From the NCBI GenBank assembly GCA_041917755.1, contig JAYRWY010000016.1:112866-176865 (forward strand): a stretch of DNA of 64,000 nucleotides, written 5' to 3'. How positions within the stretch are numbered: position 1 is the stretch's first letter; every line of letters starts with the position of its first letter. Positions 9,273-17,813 of the stretch are shown here, piece by piece. Made by a program: the position numbers and the translations under genes. Under the pieces are notes generated by a model. The model saw only the letters and a program-made list of their open reading frames with translations, had not been told where the DNA came from and searched no databases. The stretch comes from Alphaproteobacteria bacterium. GTDB taxonomy: Bacteria; Pseudomonadota; Alphaproteobacteria; UBA9219; RGZA01.

Positions 9273-10682
9273 ATGTCTGAACAATCATTTGACCTCGTCG
9301 TTATCGGCGGCGGCCCTGGTGGCTATGTCGCTGCAATTCGTGCTGCACAACTCGGCCTTAAAACTGCCTGCGTGGAAATGCGCGAAACCCTTGGTGGTAC
9401 CTGCCTGAATGTGGGCTGCATTCCATCCAAGGCGTTGCTCACTTCATCGGAAAAATTCCATGAAGCACAACATGGCCTTGCCGTGCATGGTGTAAAAGTT
9501 GGCGCGGTGAGCCTCGATTTACCCGCCATGATGGCGCATAAGAACAAGGTTGTGAAAGATAACACCGCTGGTATCGATTTCTTGTTCAAGAAAAACAAGG
9601 TGACCCGTTTCAAGGGTAAGGGCAGCATTCCTGCGGTTGGGAAAGTTTTGGTGACAGCAGCAGATGGTAAGCAAGAAACCATCTCGGCCAAAAAAATCCT
9701 GATTGCGACAGGTTCGGATGTGATGCCACTTCCCGGCGTGACCGTGGATGAAAAACAAATCGTGTCATCAACCGGCGCGCTATCATTATCATCCGTTCCA
9801 AAACGTCTTATCGTGATTGGCGGCGGCGTAATCGGGCTAGAACTCGGTTCTGTATGGCAACGCCTTGGCGCTGAAGTAACGGTTGTGGAATTCCTCGACC
9901 GTCTGATGCCCGGTATGGATGCCGATTTGGCAAATGGCATGAAGAAAATCCTGGAAAAGCAAGGCATGAAGTTCAAGCTGTCTTCCAAGGTCACTGGCGC
10001 GAAAACCGAAAGTAACAAAGTTACGCTTACCGTTGAAGCTGCCGCAGGCGGCAGTCCAGAAAAGCTGGAAGCGGATGTTGTGCTGGTCTGCATTGGCCGC
10101 CGTCCTTACACCGAAGGCCTTGGCCTTGAAGCAGTTGGCGTGCAGCTTGATGAACGCAAGCGCGTGAAGGTTGATCATCATTTCCAAAGCAACGTGCCCG
10201 GCATTTACGCCATTGGCGATGTGATTGCAGGCCCGATGCTTGCCCATAAAGCCGAAGATGAAGGTGTTGTGTGCGCAGAAATGATGGCAGGTCAATCCGG
10301 TCACATCAATTATGATGCTATCCCTAGCGTTGTATACACCCACCCCGAAATTGCCAGCGTAGGCAAGACCGAGGATGAGTTGAAGAAGGCAGGCGTTGCG
10401 TATAAGGCGGGTAAGTTCCCCTTCTCCGCCAATGGCCGTGCCCGCGCGATGAACGACGTGGAAGGCTTTGTTAAAATTCTGGCGGATGCAAAAACCGACC
10501 GCGTGCTGGGTTGCCATATCCTTGGCCCCGATGCCGGTACGTTGATTGCCGAAGTTGGCCTTGCCATGGAATTCAGTGCATCCAGCGAAGATATCGCCCG
10601 CACCTGCCATGCGCATCCAACCCTCAATGAAACTGTGAAGGAAGCGGCCTTAGCCGTGGATGGCCGTCCAATCCATATCTAG
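9273..10682 (+). CDS. lpdA: Dihydrolipoamide dehydrogenase E3
   Basis: GGGPGGY, GGTCLNVGCIPSK, HAHPTLNE. Confidence 0.99.
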   Translation: MSEQSFDLVVIGGGPGGYVAAIRAAQLGLKTACVEMRETLGGTCLNVGCIPSKALLTSSEKFHEAQHGLAVHGVKVGAVSLDLPAMMAHKNKVVKDNTAGIDFLFKKNKVTRFKGKGSIPAVGKVLVTAADGKQETISAKKILIATGSDVMPLPGVTVDEKQIVSSTGALSLSSVPKRLIVIGGGVIGLELGSVWQRLGAEVTVVEFLDRLMPGMDADLANGMKKILEKQGMKFKLSSKVTGAKTESNKVTLTVEAAAGGSPEKLEADVVLVCIGRRPYTEGLGLEAVGVQLDERKRVKVDHHFQSNVPGIYAIGDVIAGPMLAHKAEDEGVVCAEMMAGQSGHINYDAIPSVVYTHPEIASVGKTEDELKKAGVAYKAGKFPFSANGRARAMNDVEGFVKILADAKTDRVLGCHILGPDAGTLIAEVGLAMEFSASSEDIARTCHAHPTLNETVKEAALAVDGRPIHI

Positions 10683-10701
10683 GGAATAAGGGGAGCGCAC
10701 C

Positions 10702-11253
10702 ATGATTATTGATATTGGCAGCGGCCCCAACCCAAGAAAATTTGCCGATATCCGCATGGATATGCATGATTGGCCGCACGTCAATCTCAAGCACGACCTT
10801 TTACAAATCCCCTACCCCATTGAAGATAATGTTGCCGATGTCATTTTCTTTGGCGATGTGATTGAGCATATCGATAAATTCAAACTGCCCGAAGTGCTGA
10901 AAGAAATTTATCGCATCACCAAACCGGGCGGCACAGTGGATGTGACCTGCCCCGATGTGCAATGGATTGCCGAACGCATTGCCAAAGATGACTGGAATGA
11001 AATGGCCAATGTGCCATGGCTGCATTTCTTCCCGGATGATCCGTTTGAAAATGCGATGCTGTGTCTGTTTGGTGGATGGGTAAACCCCAATGAACATCAC
11101 ATTCCCGGCATGGGCCATGTAAATGGCTTTAATGAAAAGAAGCTGAAACGCGTGCTAAAAGAAGCCGGTTTTCAGCATGTGGGCCGCGTACCCGATACGC
11201 GCAACCCCGAACCTGCACGCGGCGTTGTGCTGCGGATGCTGGCGACGAAGTAG
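10702..11253 (+). CDS. Class I SAM-dependent methyltransferase
   Basis: IDIGSG motif I, DVIEHI, and the RITKPGG motif. Confidence 0.75.
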   Translation: MIIDIGSGPNPRKFADIRMDMHDWPHVNLKHDLLQIPYPIEDNVADVIFFGDVIEHIDKFKLPEVLKEIYRITKPGGTVDVTCPDVQWIAERIAKDDWNEMANVPWLHFFPDDPFENAMLCLFGGWVNPNEHHIPGMGHVNGFNEKKLKRVLKEAGFQHVGRVPDTRNPEPARGVVLRMLATK

Positions 11254-11255
11254 AC

Positions 11256-11999
11256 CTACTTCAATTTTTTTTCTAATTCCGCAACGGTCTTGAAGAATGC
11301 CTTCTTGGCATGTGCGGTGTATGGATTGTCGCGCTCAATCGTGCGGAACAATTCATCACTATCATAGCGCACCATTTCCACCATTTGCTTGAGCAGATCA
11401 TAGGTTTTGGTGGTTTGGGCAAATTCAGGCAAATCTAGGCCTACGAACACTTTACCAATCAAATGCGTGAGGCCTTGGACATAGGCAAGTTCCTGATCAT
11501 GTTTGGTGGGCGTGGAAATGATGACATTGAGGCCGAGTTTTTGTTTGAAAAACTTGATGAGCTTTACATCACGTTTGCCGCGCACATTACACACGGTGAT
11601 GTTTAGCCCCTTAATACCATTTTTGCCCGATTGCGGGCCAAAGAGTGGATGAAGGCCAATAATATCAACGCCCGCGGGTAAATGCTTTTTCAGGATTTTA
11701 GCTGGAAGTTCTTTAACTGACCCCACATCAATCACCAGCTGCCCTTTGCGTAGATGTTTAGCGATTGATTTTACAACTTCTTCGAATGCTCTGACCGGCG
11801 TTGCAATCATCACAATATCACTATTGCATACATCCTCAATTTTTGTGACGTGCTGTGCGTTATGTTTTTTTGCAATCGTCTTTAATTGGGCAGGCTTGCG
11901 AAATTTATCGTAAACCTTGACTTTAAAATGCTTGGCAAGATGCGGCAGAATGAATTCGCCAAATGCACCAAGCCCGATGATACCAACCGTGTCCGTCAT
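11256..11999 (-). CDS. tyrA: TyrA family prephenate/arogenate dehydrogenase (short, plant-like type)
   Basis: GIIGLGAFG Rossmann motif, DVGSVK, HPLFGPQS, HDQELAYVQGLTH. Confidence 0.9.
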   Translation of the reverse strand: MTDTVGIIGLGAFGEFILPHLAKHFKVKVYDKFRKPAQLKTIAKKHNAQHVTKIEDVCNSDIVMIATPVRAFEEVVKSIAKHLRKGQLVIDVGSVKELPAKILKKHLPAGVDIIGLHPLFGPQSGKNGIKGLNITVCNVRGKRDVKLIKFFKQKLGLNVIISTPTKHDQELAYVQGLTHLIGKVFVGLDLPEFAQTTKTYDLLKQMVEMVRYDSDELFRTIERDNPYTAHAKKAFFKTVAELEKKLK

Positions 12000-12000
12000 A

Positions 12001-13101
12001 TTATTTCCAGTTAAATGATTTTAGTGCAGCAAACAGTGCCAGCATTTCATGTTCTTGCCCGACCGTAAAGCGCAAGCAATCAATCAGGCCATAGCCCGCC
12101 ATGGAACGCACCAGAATACTGTTGGCCTTGAGGTGTTTAAACATAGCTACCGACTGTTCGGGCGAGGCAAAGCGTACCAGCACAAAGTTTGCTTTGCTGG
12201 GGTATGGCTTTGCGCCAAGGCTTTGCAGCTTCTGGAACAGTTTTTCACGCCAGATGGTGTTATGCGCACGGCTACGTTCAATGAACGCATCATCGTTCAA
12301 ACTGGCGATAGCGGCTGCTTCGCCCGCACGCGATACGTTAAAGGGCTTGCGCACCAAATTCATGCACGTGGCAATTTTTTTGGGGGCATAGGCATAGCCC
12401 ACACGCATGCCGCCAAGCCCGTGAATTTTTGAGAAGGTGCGCAATACCACCACGCGGCCTTCTTCAGCGACCCATTCAAAGCCATCGGAATAATCTTCAT
12501 CATCGACATAATCAGCATAGGCCGCGTCATACACAAAGATAATGTCTTCACGTAAGTCACGCAGGAAATGTTGAATATCACTGCGGGCGAGCCAACTGCC
12601 GGTCGGGTTATTGGGGTTGGCCATAAATACCATGCGGGTTTTTGGCGTCACTGCCTTCAGCATTGCAGCCAAATCCATCTGAAGATCATTTTCAGGGATC
12701 ATGATGGGCTTTGCGCCAACCAAGCGCGCAGCGACCTCATACATTGAAAAGGCATATTTGCTGATGATGACTTCATCACCTTCTTTGAGATAGCCATTCA
12801 CCAATACGCTGATGAGTTCATCTGAACCGGCGCCTGCAATAATGCGCTCTTCATCAAGGTTATAACGCTGCGCAACCGCTTTGCGTAAATCGGAATAGAC
12901 CATATCGGGGTAGCGATGGGTCAGCGGCAGCGTGGCAGTAATCGCCTCCAGCGCCTTGGGGCTGGGGCCAAAGGCGCCCTCGTTATAGCATAAACGATAG
13001 GTAAAGCCTTCATCCGCCACCTTGTTGGGGCTGGATAAATAGCTGGTCATGTTTTCAAGAAACGGGAGCGGCTTTGGTTGAGGATTTAGTTCATCAGACA
13101 T
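12001..13101 (-). CDS. hisC: Histidinol-phosphate aminotransferase
   Basis: GAGSDELI, ANPNNPTG, DAAY, RTFSKIHGLGGMRVGY (PLP Lys). Confidence 0.93.
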   Translation of the reverse strand: MSDELNPQPKPLPFLENMTSYLSSPNKVADEGFTYRLCYNEGAFGPSPKALEAITATLPLTHRYPDMVYSDLRKAVAQRYNLDEERIIAGAGSDELISVLVNGYLKEGDEVIISKYAFSMYEVAARLVGAKPIMIPENDLQMDLAAMLKAVTPKTRMVFMANPNNPTGSWLARSDIQHFLRDLREDIIFVYDAAYADYVDDEDYSDGFEWVAEEGRVVVLRTFSKIHGLGGMRVGYAYAPKKIATCMNLVRKPFNVSRAGEAAAIASLNDDAFIERSRAHNTIWREKLFQKLQSLGAKPYPSKANFVLVRFASPEQSVAMFKHLKANSILVRSMAGYGLIDCLRFTVGQEHEMLALFAALKSFNWK

Positions 13102-13112
13102 TGCAAACTCAT

Positions 13113-13958
13113 TTACTTAATGGGAACAGGATAGGCACCAATAATTTTATGACGTAGCAAATGTCGTTTATGTTCATTCGTCCATTCCAGCAATTGTGGA
13201 TTGGCGCGTTCGATAAATCCTTCCAGCTCTATCCAGCTGCAAGCAGGTTCATTGCCTTTGGGTGTAAAAACATGGGTTGTGCGGGTAAATGGCAATTTAT
13301 CACACAATGCTTCAACCGTTTTTTTATCCGCTGCGTCTTGCCATTCCAGCACCAATATTGTGCGGTCTTGGCCAGTGGCCTCTGGCGGAATTGCGCCAAT
13401 AACCACGCCTTGGTGATCGGTTTTGCGGGCATTGCCGCGTACGCCATCAAACGGGAATGCGTAGAATACATTTGGTACGCTGGGTTGTTCGGCCAATAGC
13501 AACCGCCACCATACATCACTGTCGCCTTCACGTGGGAATGGCAGTGCCGCCAATTCATGGCTGAGGCTTAATACCGCGCGCAAGGCTGCGGTTGGATTGG
13601 CAAAACCCTGCATGGGCGTAAAGCTGCCAAAATGGTCGCGGGCAATATCCCAGAAGCCCTGCTCACCTGCGATTTCAGGTAGAGCGACTTTCATGGCGCC
13701 TTCTTGCAAGGTAAATGCGCCAATCATCTCGCGCCATAAGCGATGGATAAGGCCGGGTGGCAAATGCCCCATGGGTTGTTTTACAAGAATACGCAACATG
13801 GATGCTTCGCGGCCCGGGCGAATATAGACCGCTTGTTTGCCCTTCACGCCGCGCACTTCTTCAATCACGTTAGCGCGGGCACGCAGTAAATCCAGTATCT
13901 GGTTATCAATCGCATCAATCTTGTTGCGCAGAGCCGTGAGTTGATTTTGATCAACCAT
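13113..13958 (-). CDS. pheA: Chorismate mutase (AroQ) with a degenerate PDT-like C-terminal region
   Basis: [29 protein letters not shown], and C-terminal IIGAYPVP. Confidence 0.85.
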   Translation of the reverse strand: MVDQNQLTALRNKIDAIDNQILDLLRARANVIEEVRGVKGKQAVYIRPGREASMLRILVKQPMGHLPPGLIHRLWREMIGAFTLQEGAMKVALPEIAGEQGFWDIARDHFGSFTPMQGFANPTAALRAVLSLSHELAALPFPREGDSDVWWRLLLAEQPSVPNVFYAFPFDGVRGNARKTDHQGVVIGAIPPEATGQDRTILVLEWQDAADKKTVEALCDKLPFTRTTHVFTPKGNEPACSWIELEGFIERANPQLLEWTNEHKRHLLRHKIIGAYPVPIK

Positions 13959-14946
13959 GTTTCACCGCCAGCATACGCTCCACCGACAAACGGGCACGGT
14001 CAATCAGTTCCGGCGCGATGGTAACTTCGGTTCCACCACCTTGCAGGCATTCCAGAATTTTGGGCAACGTAATGCGCTTCATATGCGGGCAAAGATTGCA
14101 TGGGCGCACAAATTCAACGTTGGGATTTTCAATCGCCACATTGTCGCTCATGGAGCATTCGGTAATCATAATTACCTTGGCGGGTTGCTTATCCTTCACA
14201 TATTGACTCATGCGGTAGGTGGAGCCAACAAAGTCAGCCTCCCCCAATACATCAGGGGGGCATTCAGGATGAGCCAGAATAATTGCGCCGGGATTGCTCT
14301 TGCGGTAATCACGCAATTCTTGCGCGGTGAAGCGTTCATGCACTTCGCAATGGCCCTTCCAGCTGATGATTTCAACCTTGGTATTCTTCGCAATGTAGCT
14401 GGATAGGTATTCATCCGGTAAACAAATCACCCGCGGCACGCCTAATGACTCAACCACGCGTACGGCATTGCCCGAAGTAATACAAATATCGGATTCAGCT
14501 TTTACTTCAACCGAGGAGTTCACATACGTCACCACCGGTACACCTGGATATTTTTGGCGGAGCAAACGCACATCCGCGCCTGTGATGGATTCAGCCAGTG
14601 AGCAACCCGCGAGCTTATCCGGGATAAGCACCTTCTTATCTGGATTTAGCAGCTTGGCCGTTTCTGCCATAAAGTAGACGCCCGCCATGATGATGGTGGA
14701 TGCCTTGGTATTGGCGGCTTCGTGCGCCAGTTGCAAACTGTCTCCCACGATGTCGGCTACGCAGTGATAAATTTCAGGTGTTTGGTAATTATGCGCGAGG
14801 ATCACCGCGCCTTGTTCACGCTTGAGGCGATTAATCTCGGAAATATAGGGCGCGAAAAACGGCCACTCCATCTCGGGGATGACCTTGGCTACCTTTTGGT
14901 AGAGCGGCGCTGTGCTTTTTGCAATTTCAGGCGTGTAGGCCAACAT
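13951..14946 (-). CDS. nadA: Quinolinate synthase
   Basis: ILAHNYQ, AGCSLA, YVNS, HPEC, CNLCPHM. Start taken as the ATG at 14946 after GGGGAAG. Confidence 0.97.
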   Translation of the reverse strand: MLAYTPEIAKSTAPLYQKVAKVIPEMEWPFFAPYISEINRLKREQGAVILAHNYQTPEIYHCVADIVGDSLQLAHEAANTKASTIIMAGVYFMAETAKLLNPDKKVLIPDKLAGCSLAESITGADVRLLRQKYPGVPVVTYVNSSVEVKAESDICITSGNAVRVVESLGVPRVICLPDEYLSSYIAKNTKVEIISWKGHCEVHERFTAQELRDYRKSNPGAIILAHPECPPDVLGEADFVGSTYRMSQYVKDKQPAKVIMITECSMSDNVAIENPNVEFVRPCNLCPHMKRITLPKILECLQGGGTEVTIAPELIDRARLSVERMLAVKHG

Positions 14947-15131
14947 TAACTTCCCCAAACTTCTTTATTTTACAGTATTTTGCTCTATCCGCTTTTGTCA
15001 CATTGCCCTAAACTTAAGCTTCAGAAATTATAAAAAAGTCTGGATTTCAGCCTTAGGAAACGCTAAACGAATAGCCTTCTTATATAATCTCAAACATTAA
15101 AGCTCTCGTCTAGCCTAAAGGATAGTTTGGC

Positions 15132-15464
15132 ATGCCATATGTAGTTACTGAACTCTGCATCCGCTGCAAATACATGGATTGCATCGAAGTTTGTCCGGTG
15201 GATTGCTTCTATGAAGGCGAGAACATGCTGGTTATTAACCCAGATGAATGCATTGATTGCGGCGTGTGTGAGCCAGAATGCCCTGCAGAAGCTATTGTTT
15301 CAGACACTAACTCGGTTGCTGAAAAGTGGCTGGAAATGAACCGTGAATACGCCAACCAATGGCCAAATATTACGCGCAAGAAAGCCGCGCCAGCAGACGC
15401 CGATGAATTCAAAAATGTTGAAAACAAGTTTGAAAAGTTCTTCAGCAAAAATCCTGGTAAGTAA
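15132..15464 (+). CDS. fdxA: 7Fe ferredoxin (FdxA family)
   Basis: [30 protein letters not shown]. Confidence 0.97.
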   Translation: MPYVVTELCIRCKYMDCIEVCPVDCFYEGENMLVINPDECIDCGVCEPECPAEAIVSDTNSVAEKWLEMNREYANQWPNITRKKAAPADADEFKNVENKFEKFFSKNPGK

Positions 15465-15492
15465 TATTACCAACTAAATTCAGTGAATTTGG

Positions 15493-15523
15493 AACGGGGC
15501 GGATTTTTCTGCCCCGTTTTTTT
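15493..15523 (+). terminator. Intrinsic terminator after fdxA
   Basis: AACGGGGC-loop-GCCCCGTTTTTTT. Confidence 0.85.
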
Positions 15524-15573
15524 ACCCCGCATAGATATTTCATCAGTTAAAGCCTGTAGCGGTATCAATGCGC

Positions 15574-15819
15574 TTACAGCAAGGCTTCATATGGAAAAGC
15601 CATTAACGGCTGCCCCATTCTACCCATATACAGAATCTGTGCCCCAAGTGTTGCAGCTGCCACCGCCCCAGTAAAAAAAGTACTAACGAAACTAAATACC
15701 TGCATGAAAGGTTTTGAAATCAATACTTTCACTGTTATATTACTCTTGTGATTGAGTTTTTGGCGAAGTTGCTGGGTCGGGGTGTTGTTAAGGTTTAGGA
15801 TAAAAGGTTGCGGGCTCAT
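15574..15819 (-). CDS. Putative small membrane protein (81 aa)
   Basis: Lies in an otherwise empty 556-bp gap. AGGGG SD 5 nt before the ATG, and a hydrophobic stretch VFSFVSTFFTGAVAAATLGAQILY. Confidence 0.45.
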   Translation of the reverse strand: MSPQPFILNLNNTPTQQLRQKLNHKSNITVKVLISKPFMQVFSFVSTFFTGAVAAATLGAQILYMGRMGQPLMAFPYEALL

Positions 15820-16020
15820 GTTAGCCCCTATTCTTTTCCAGAAAATAAAAGCTTTTGATAACAGATAGATAGAAATCTGTAGCGCTTTTTTTTACCTTTC
15901 CAGCCAAACGCACAAAATTTAAGCACAATGTTGGGTTAGTGACTATCAGTTGTTGTTAATTTCTGCTGGTTCATTTTTCAGATAATTAACGTTTGGTTCT
16001 GTTTCTTAGAGGGAGTCCAC

Positions 16021-16791
16021 ATGGCTACGAAGGCAGCAAAAACCGTTTCTAAATCAGTACAATTAAAAGCACAGGCTAAAGCATCGCAAGCGAAAATCGG
16101 CGCGAAAATTCAAGCTAAGTCCAGTTCTGTAAAGAGCCCAGTTAAGGCTGCTATCAAGGCTCCTGCTCCTAAGGCTGTTGAAGCCAAGGCAGCAGAAAAC
16201 AAGGTTGTAGCCTTGAAGAAGGAAACCGCAGCATCAAAGGCTTCTGAATTCAAGAAGGGCGATTTTGTGGTCTACCCTGTTCACGGCGTTGGCCTTGTGG
16301 TTGGCGTTGAAGAAGCAACCGTTCCTGCGCTCAACAAGACCATGAAGCCAGAAAGCGTAAAGCTTTACAAAATTTCCTTTGAAAACGACCGCATGATCCT
16401 CAAGGTTCCTGTGATCAAGGCTGAAGTATCGGGTCTTCGTCGTTTATCATCGAAGGATCGTATGAAAGATGCGATGGCAACCCTGCAAGGCCGCGTGCGT
16501 ATTCGCCGCGTAATGTGGAGCCGCCGCGCACAAGAATACGAAACCAAGATTAATTCGGGTGACCCAGTAGCAATTGCGGAAGTGCTTCGCGATTTACACC
16601 GTGGCAATGAACAGCCTGAGCAATCCTATAGCGAACGTCAGATTTACCAATCGGCGCTTGACCGCTTGGCACGTGAGCTTGCTGCGATTGAAAAGATTGA
16701 CCAAAACAAAGCCGCTGAAAAGCTGGAAACTGTTTTGGGTAAAGACAAGCCAGCCAAATCTGAAAAACTCGCTGAAAAGGCTGCTGCTTAA
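16021..16791 (+). CDS. carD: CarD/CdnL family RNA polymerase-binding regulator with a Lys/Ala-rich N-terminal extension
   Basis: FKKGDFVVYPVHGVG, MWSRRAQEYETKINSGD, SYSERQIY, with a strong SD (GAGGGAG). Confidence 0.95.
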   Translation: MATKAAKTVSKSVQLKAQAKASQAKIGAKIQAKSSSVKSPVKAAIKAPAPKAVEAKAAENKVVALKKETAASKASEFKKGDFVVYPVHGVGLVVGVEEATVPALNKTMKPESVKLYKISFENDRMILKVPVIKAEVSGLRRLSSKDRMKDAMATLQGRVRIRRVMWSRRAQEYETKINSGDPVAIAEVLRDLHRGNEQPEQSYSERQIYQSALDRLARELAAIEKIDQNKAAEKLETVLGKDKPAKSEKLAEKAAA

Positions 16792-16822
16792 GTCGTAACT
16801 GTTTAAGGTGGTAAAACTTCAG

Positions 16823-16857
16823 AACCGGTCCCTTTTTAGTAAGGGGCCGGTTTTTTT
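16823..16857 (+). terminator. Intrinsic terminator after carD
   Basis: AACCGGTCCCTT-loop-AAGGGGCCGGTTTTTTT. Confidence 0.85.
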
Positions 16858-16948
16858 ATGTGCGTAATTGGCGCTCGCTCATTGGCCTGAACTTGATTCG
16901 CTGGGTAGTCTAAAGGCCATCCGAATCAACGTCTAACCCAGCTGTGTT

Positions 16949-17812
16949 ATGCCACTCGATACTGGTCTTCATGCCATTCCTCGCCTGAAAGGTGATGAAC
17001 GTCTTGCCCCACTTGGCAGGCCGCAACGCATATGGGTGGTTGGAAGTTTATATGGCCGTTACGGCGCGCTATGTCAGTTGCATGATGTGCTGACCCACCG
17101 CATTAAAGCCAAGGACCGCGTTATCTATCTTGGCAATTATTTAGGCGAGCATTCGCAGTGGACGGGCGAAGGACCGGCACTCATTGACGAACTCATCACG
17201 TTCCGTAATGCCGTAATGGCTATTCCAGGTTTTTTTGCCAGCGATATCACGTTCCTGCATGGGCGCGGCGAAGATTTATTACAAGAAGCGATGCGATTGC
17301 CCTTCCAGAAAAATCCCAGCGGCTGGCTTCATGAAGCCAAGCGCTTTGGCCTTGAATGGTACACGGGGGCTTATGGCGGCGTGGATGTAGACAGCATAAT
17401 GCAGGCAGGCCTTATCGGGATGAATAAATGGACGTATCATGTCAAACACATGATTAACCGCCATGCAGGCCATGCTGATTTCTTTAAGGATATGAAGACA
17501 GCCGCCTATACCCAATATCGCAAGAAGCAATATGATATGGCGTTTGTGCCAGCTGGGTTGCATCCGCATTATTCGCTTAACCTGCAGCATGAATTACTAT
17601 GCTGGCCTGAGCAGGATATTCATACCCTCACCGCTTATCAGCCATTTTCCCGGATTGTGCGCGGGCAAGCTCTTAATCAAATCACGCCTGATAAAAACCG
17701 TTATGTGCTGACCCTAGATGACGGGCGTAGCCAAACAGGAGAAATGGGCGGCACGCTCTATGCGGCATGCATTAGTTACCAAGGACATATTTTGGAGTGG
17801 TTAGAATTTTAA
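16949..17812 (+). CDS. Metallophosphoesterase-fold protein with degenerate catalytic motifs
   Basis: Motif spacing matches the calcineurin-like family (VVGSLYG, IYLGNYLG, LHGRGE, VPAGL, IVRGQ), but the metal ligands are substituted. Confidence 0.65.
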   Translation: MPLDTGLHAIPRLKGDERLAPLGRPQRIWVVGSLYGRYGALCQLHDVLTHRIKAKDRVIYLGNYLGEHSQWTGEGPALIDELITFRNAVMAIPGFFASDITFLHGRGEDLLQEAMRLPFQKNPSGWLHEAKRFGLEWYTGAYGGVDVDSIMQAGLIGMNKWTYHVKHMINRHAGHADFFKDMKTAAYTQYRKKQYDMAFVPAGLHPHYSLNLQHELLCWPEQDIHTLTAYQPFSRIVRGQALNQITPDKNRYVLTLDDGRSQTGEMGGTLYAACISYQGHILEWLEF

Positions 17813-17813
17813 G

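Noticed and set aside
9323-10093. 256-aa antisense ORF and the many other shadow ORFs in the track (e.g., 9837-10616, 19287-19925, 25614-26210)
   Set aside because: They lie entirely opposite or out of frame to well-recognised conserved genes, show no motifs, and are explained by codon bias.
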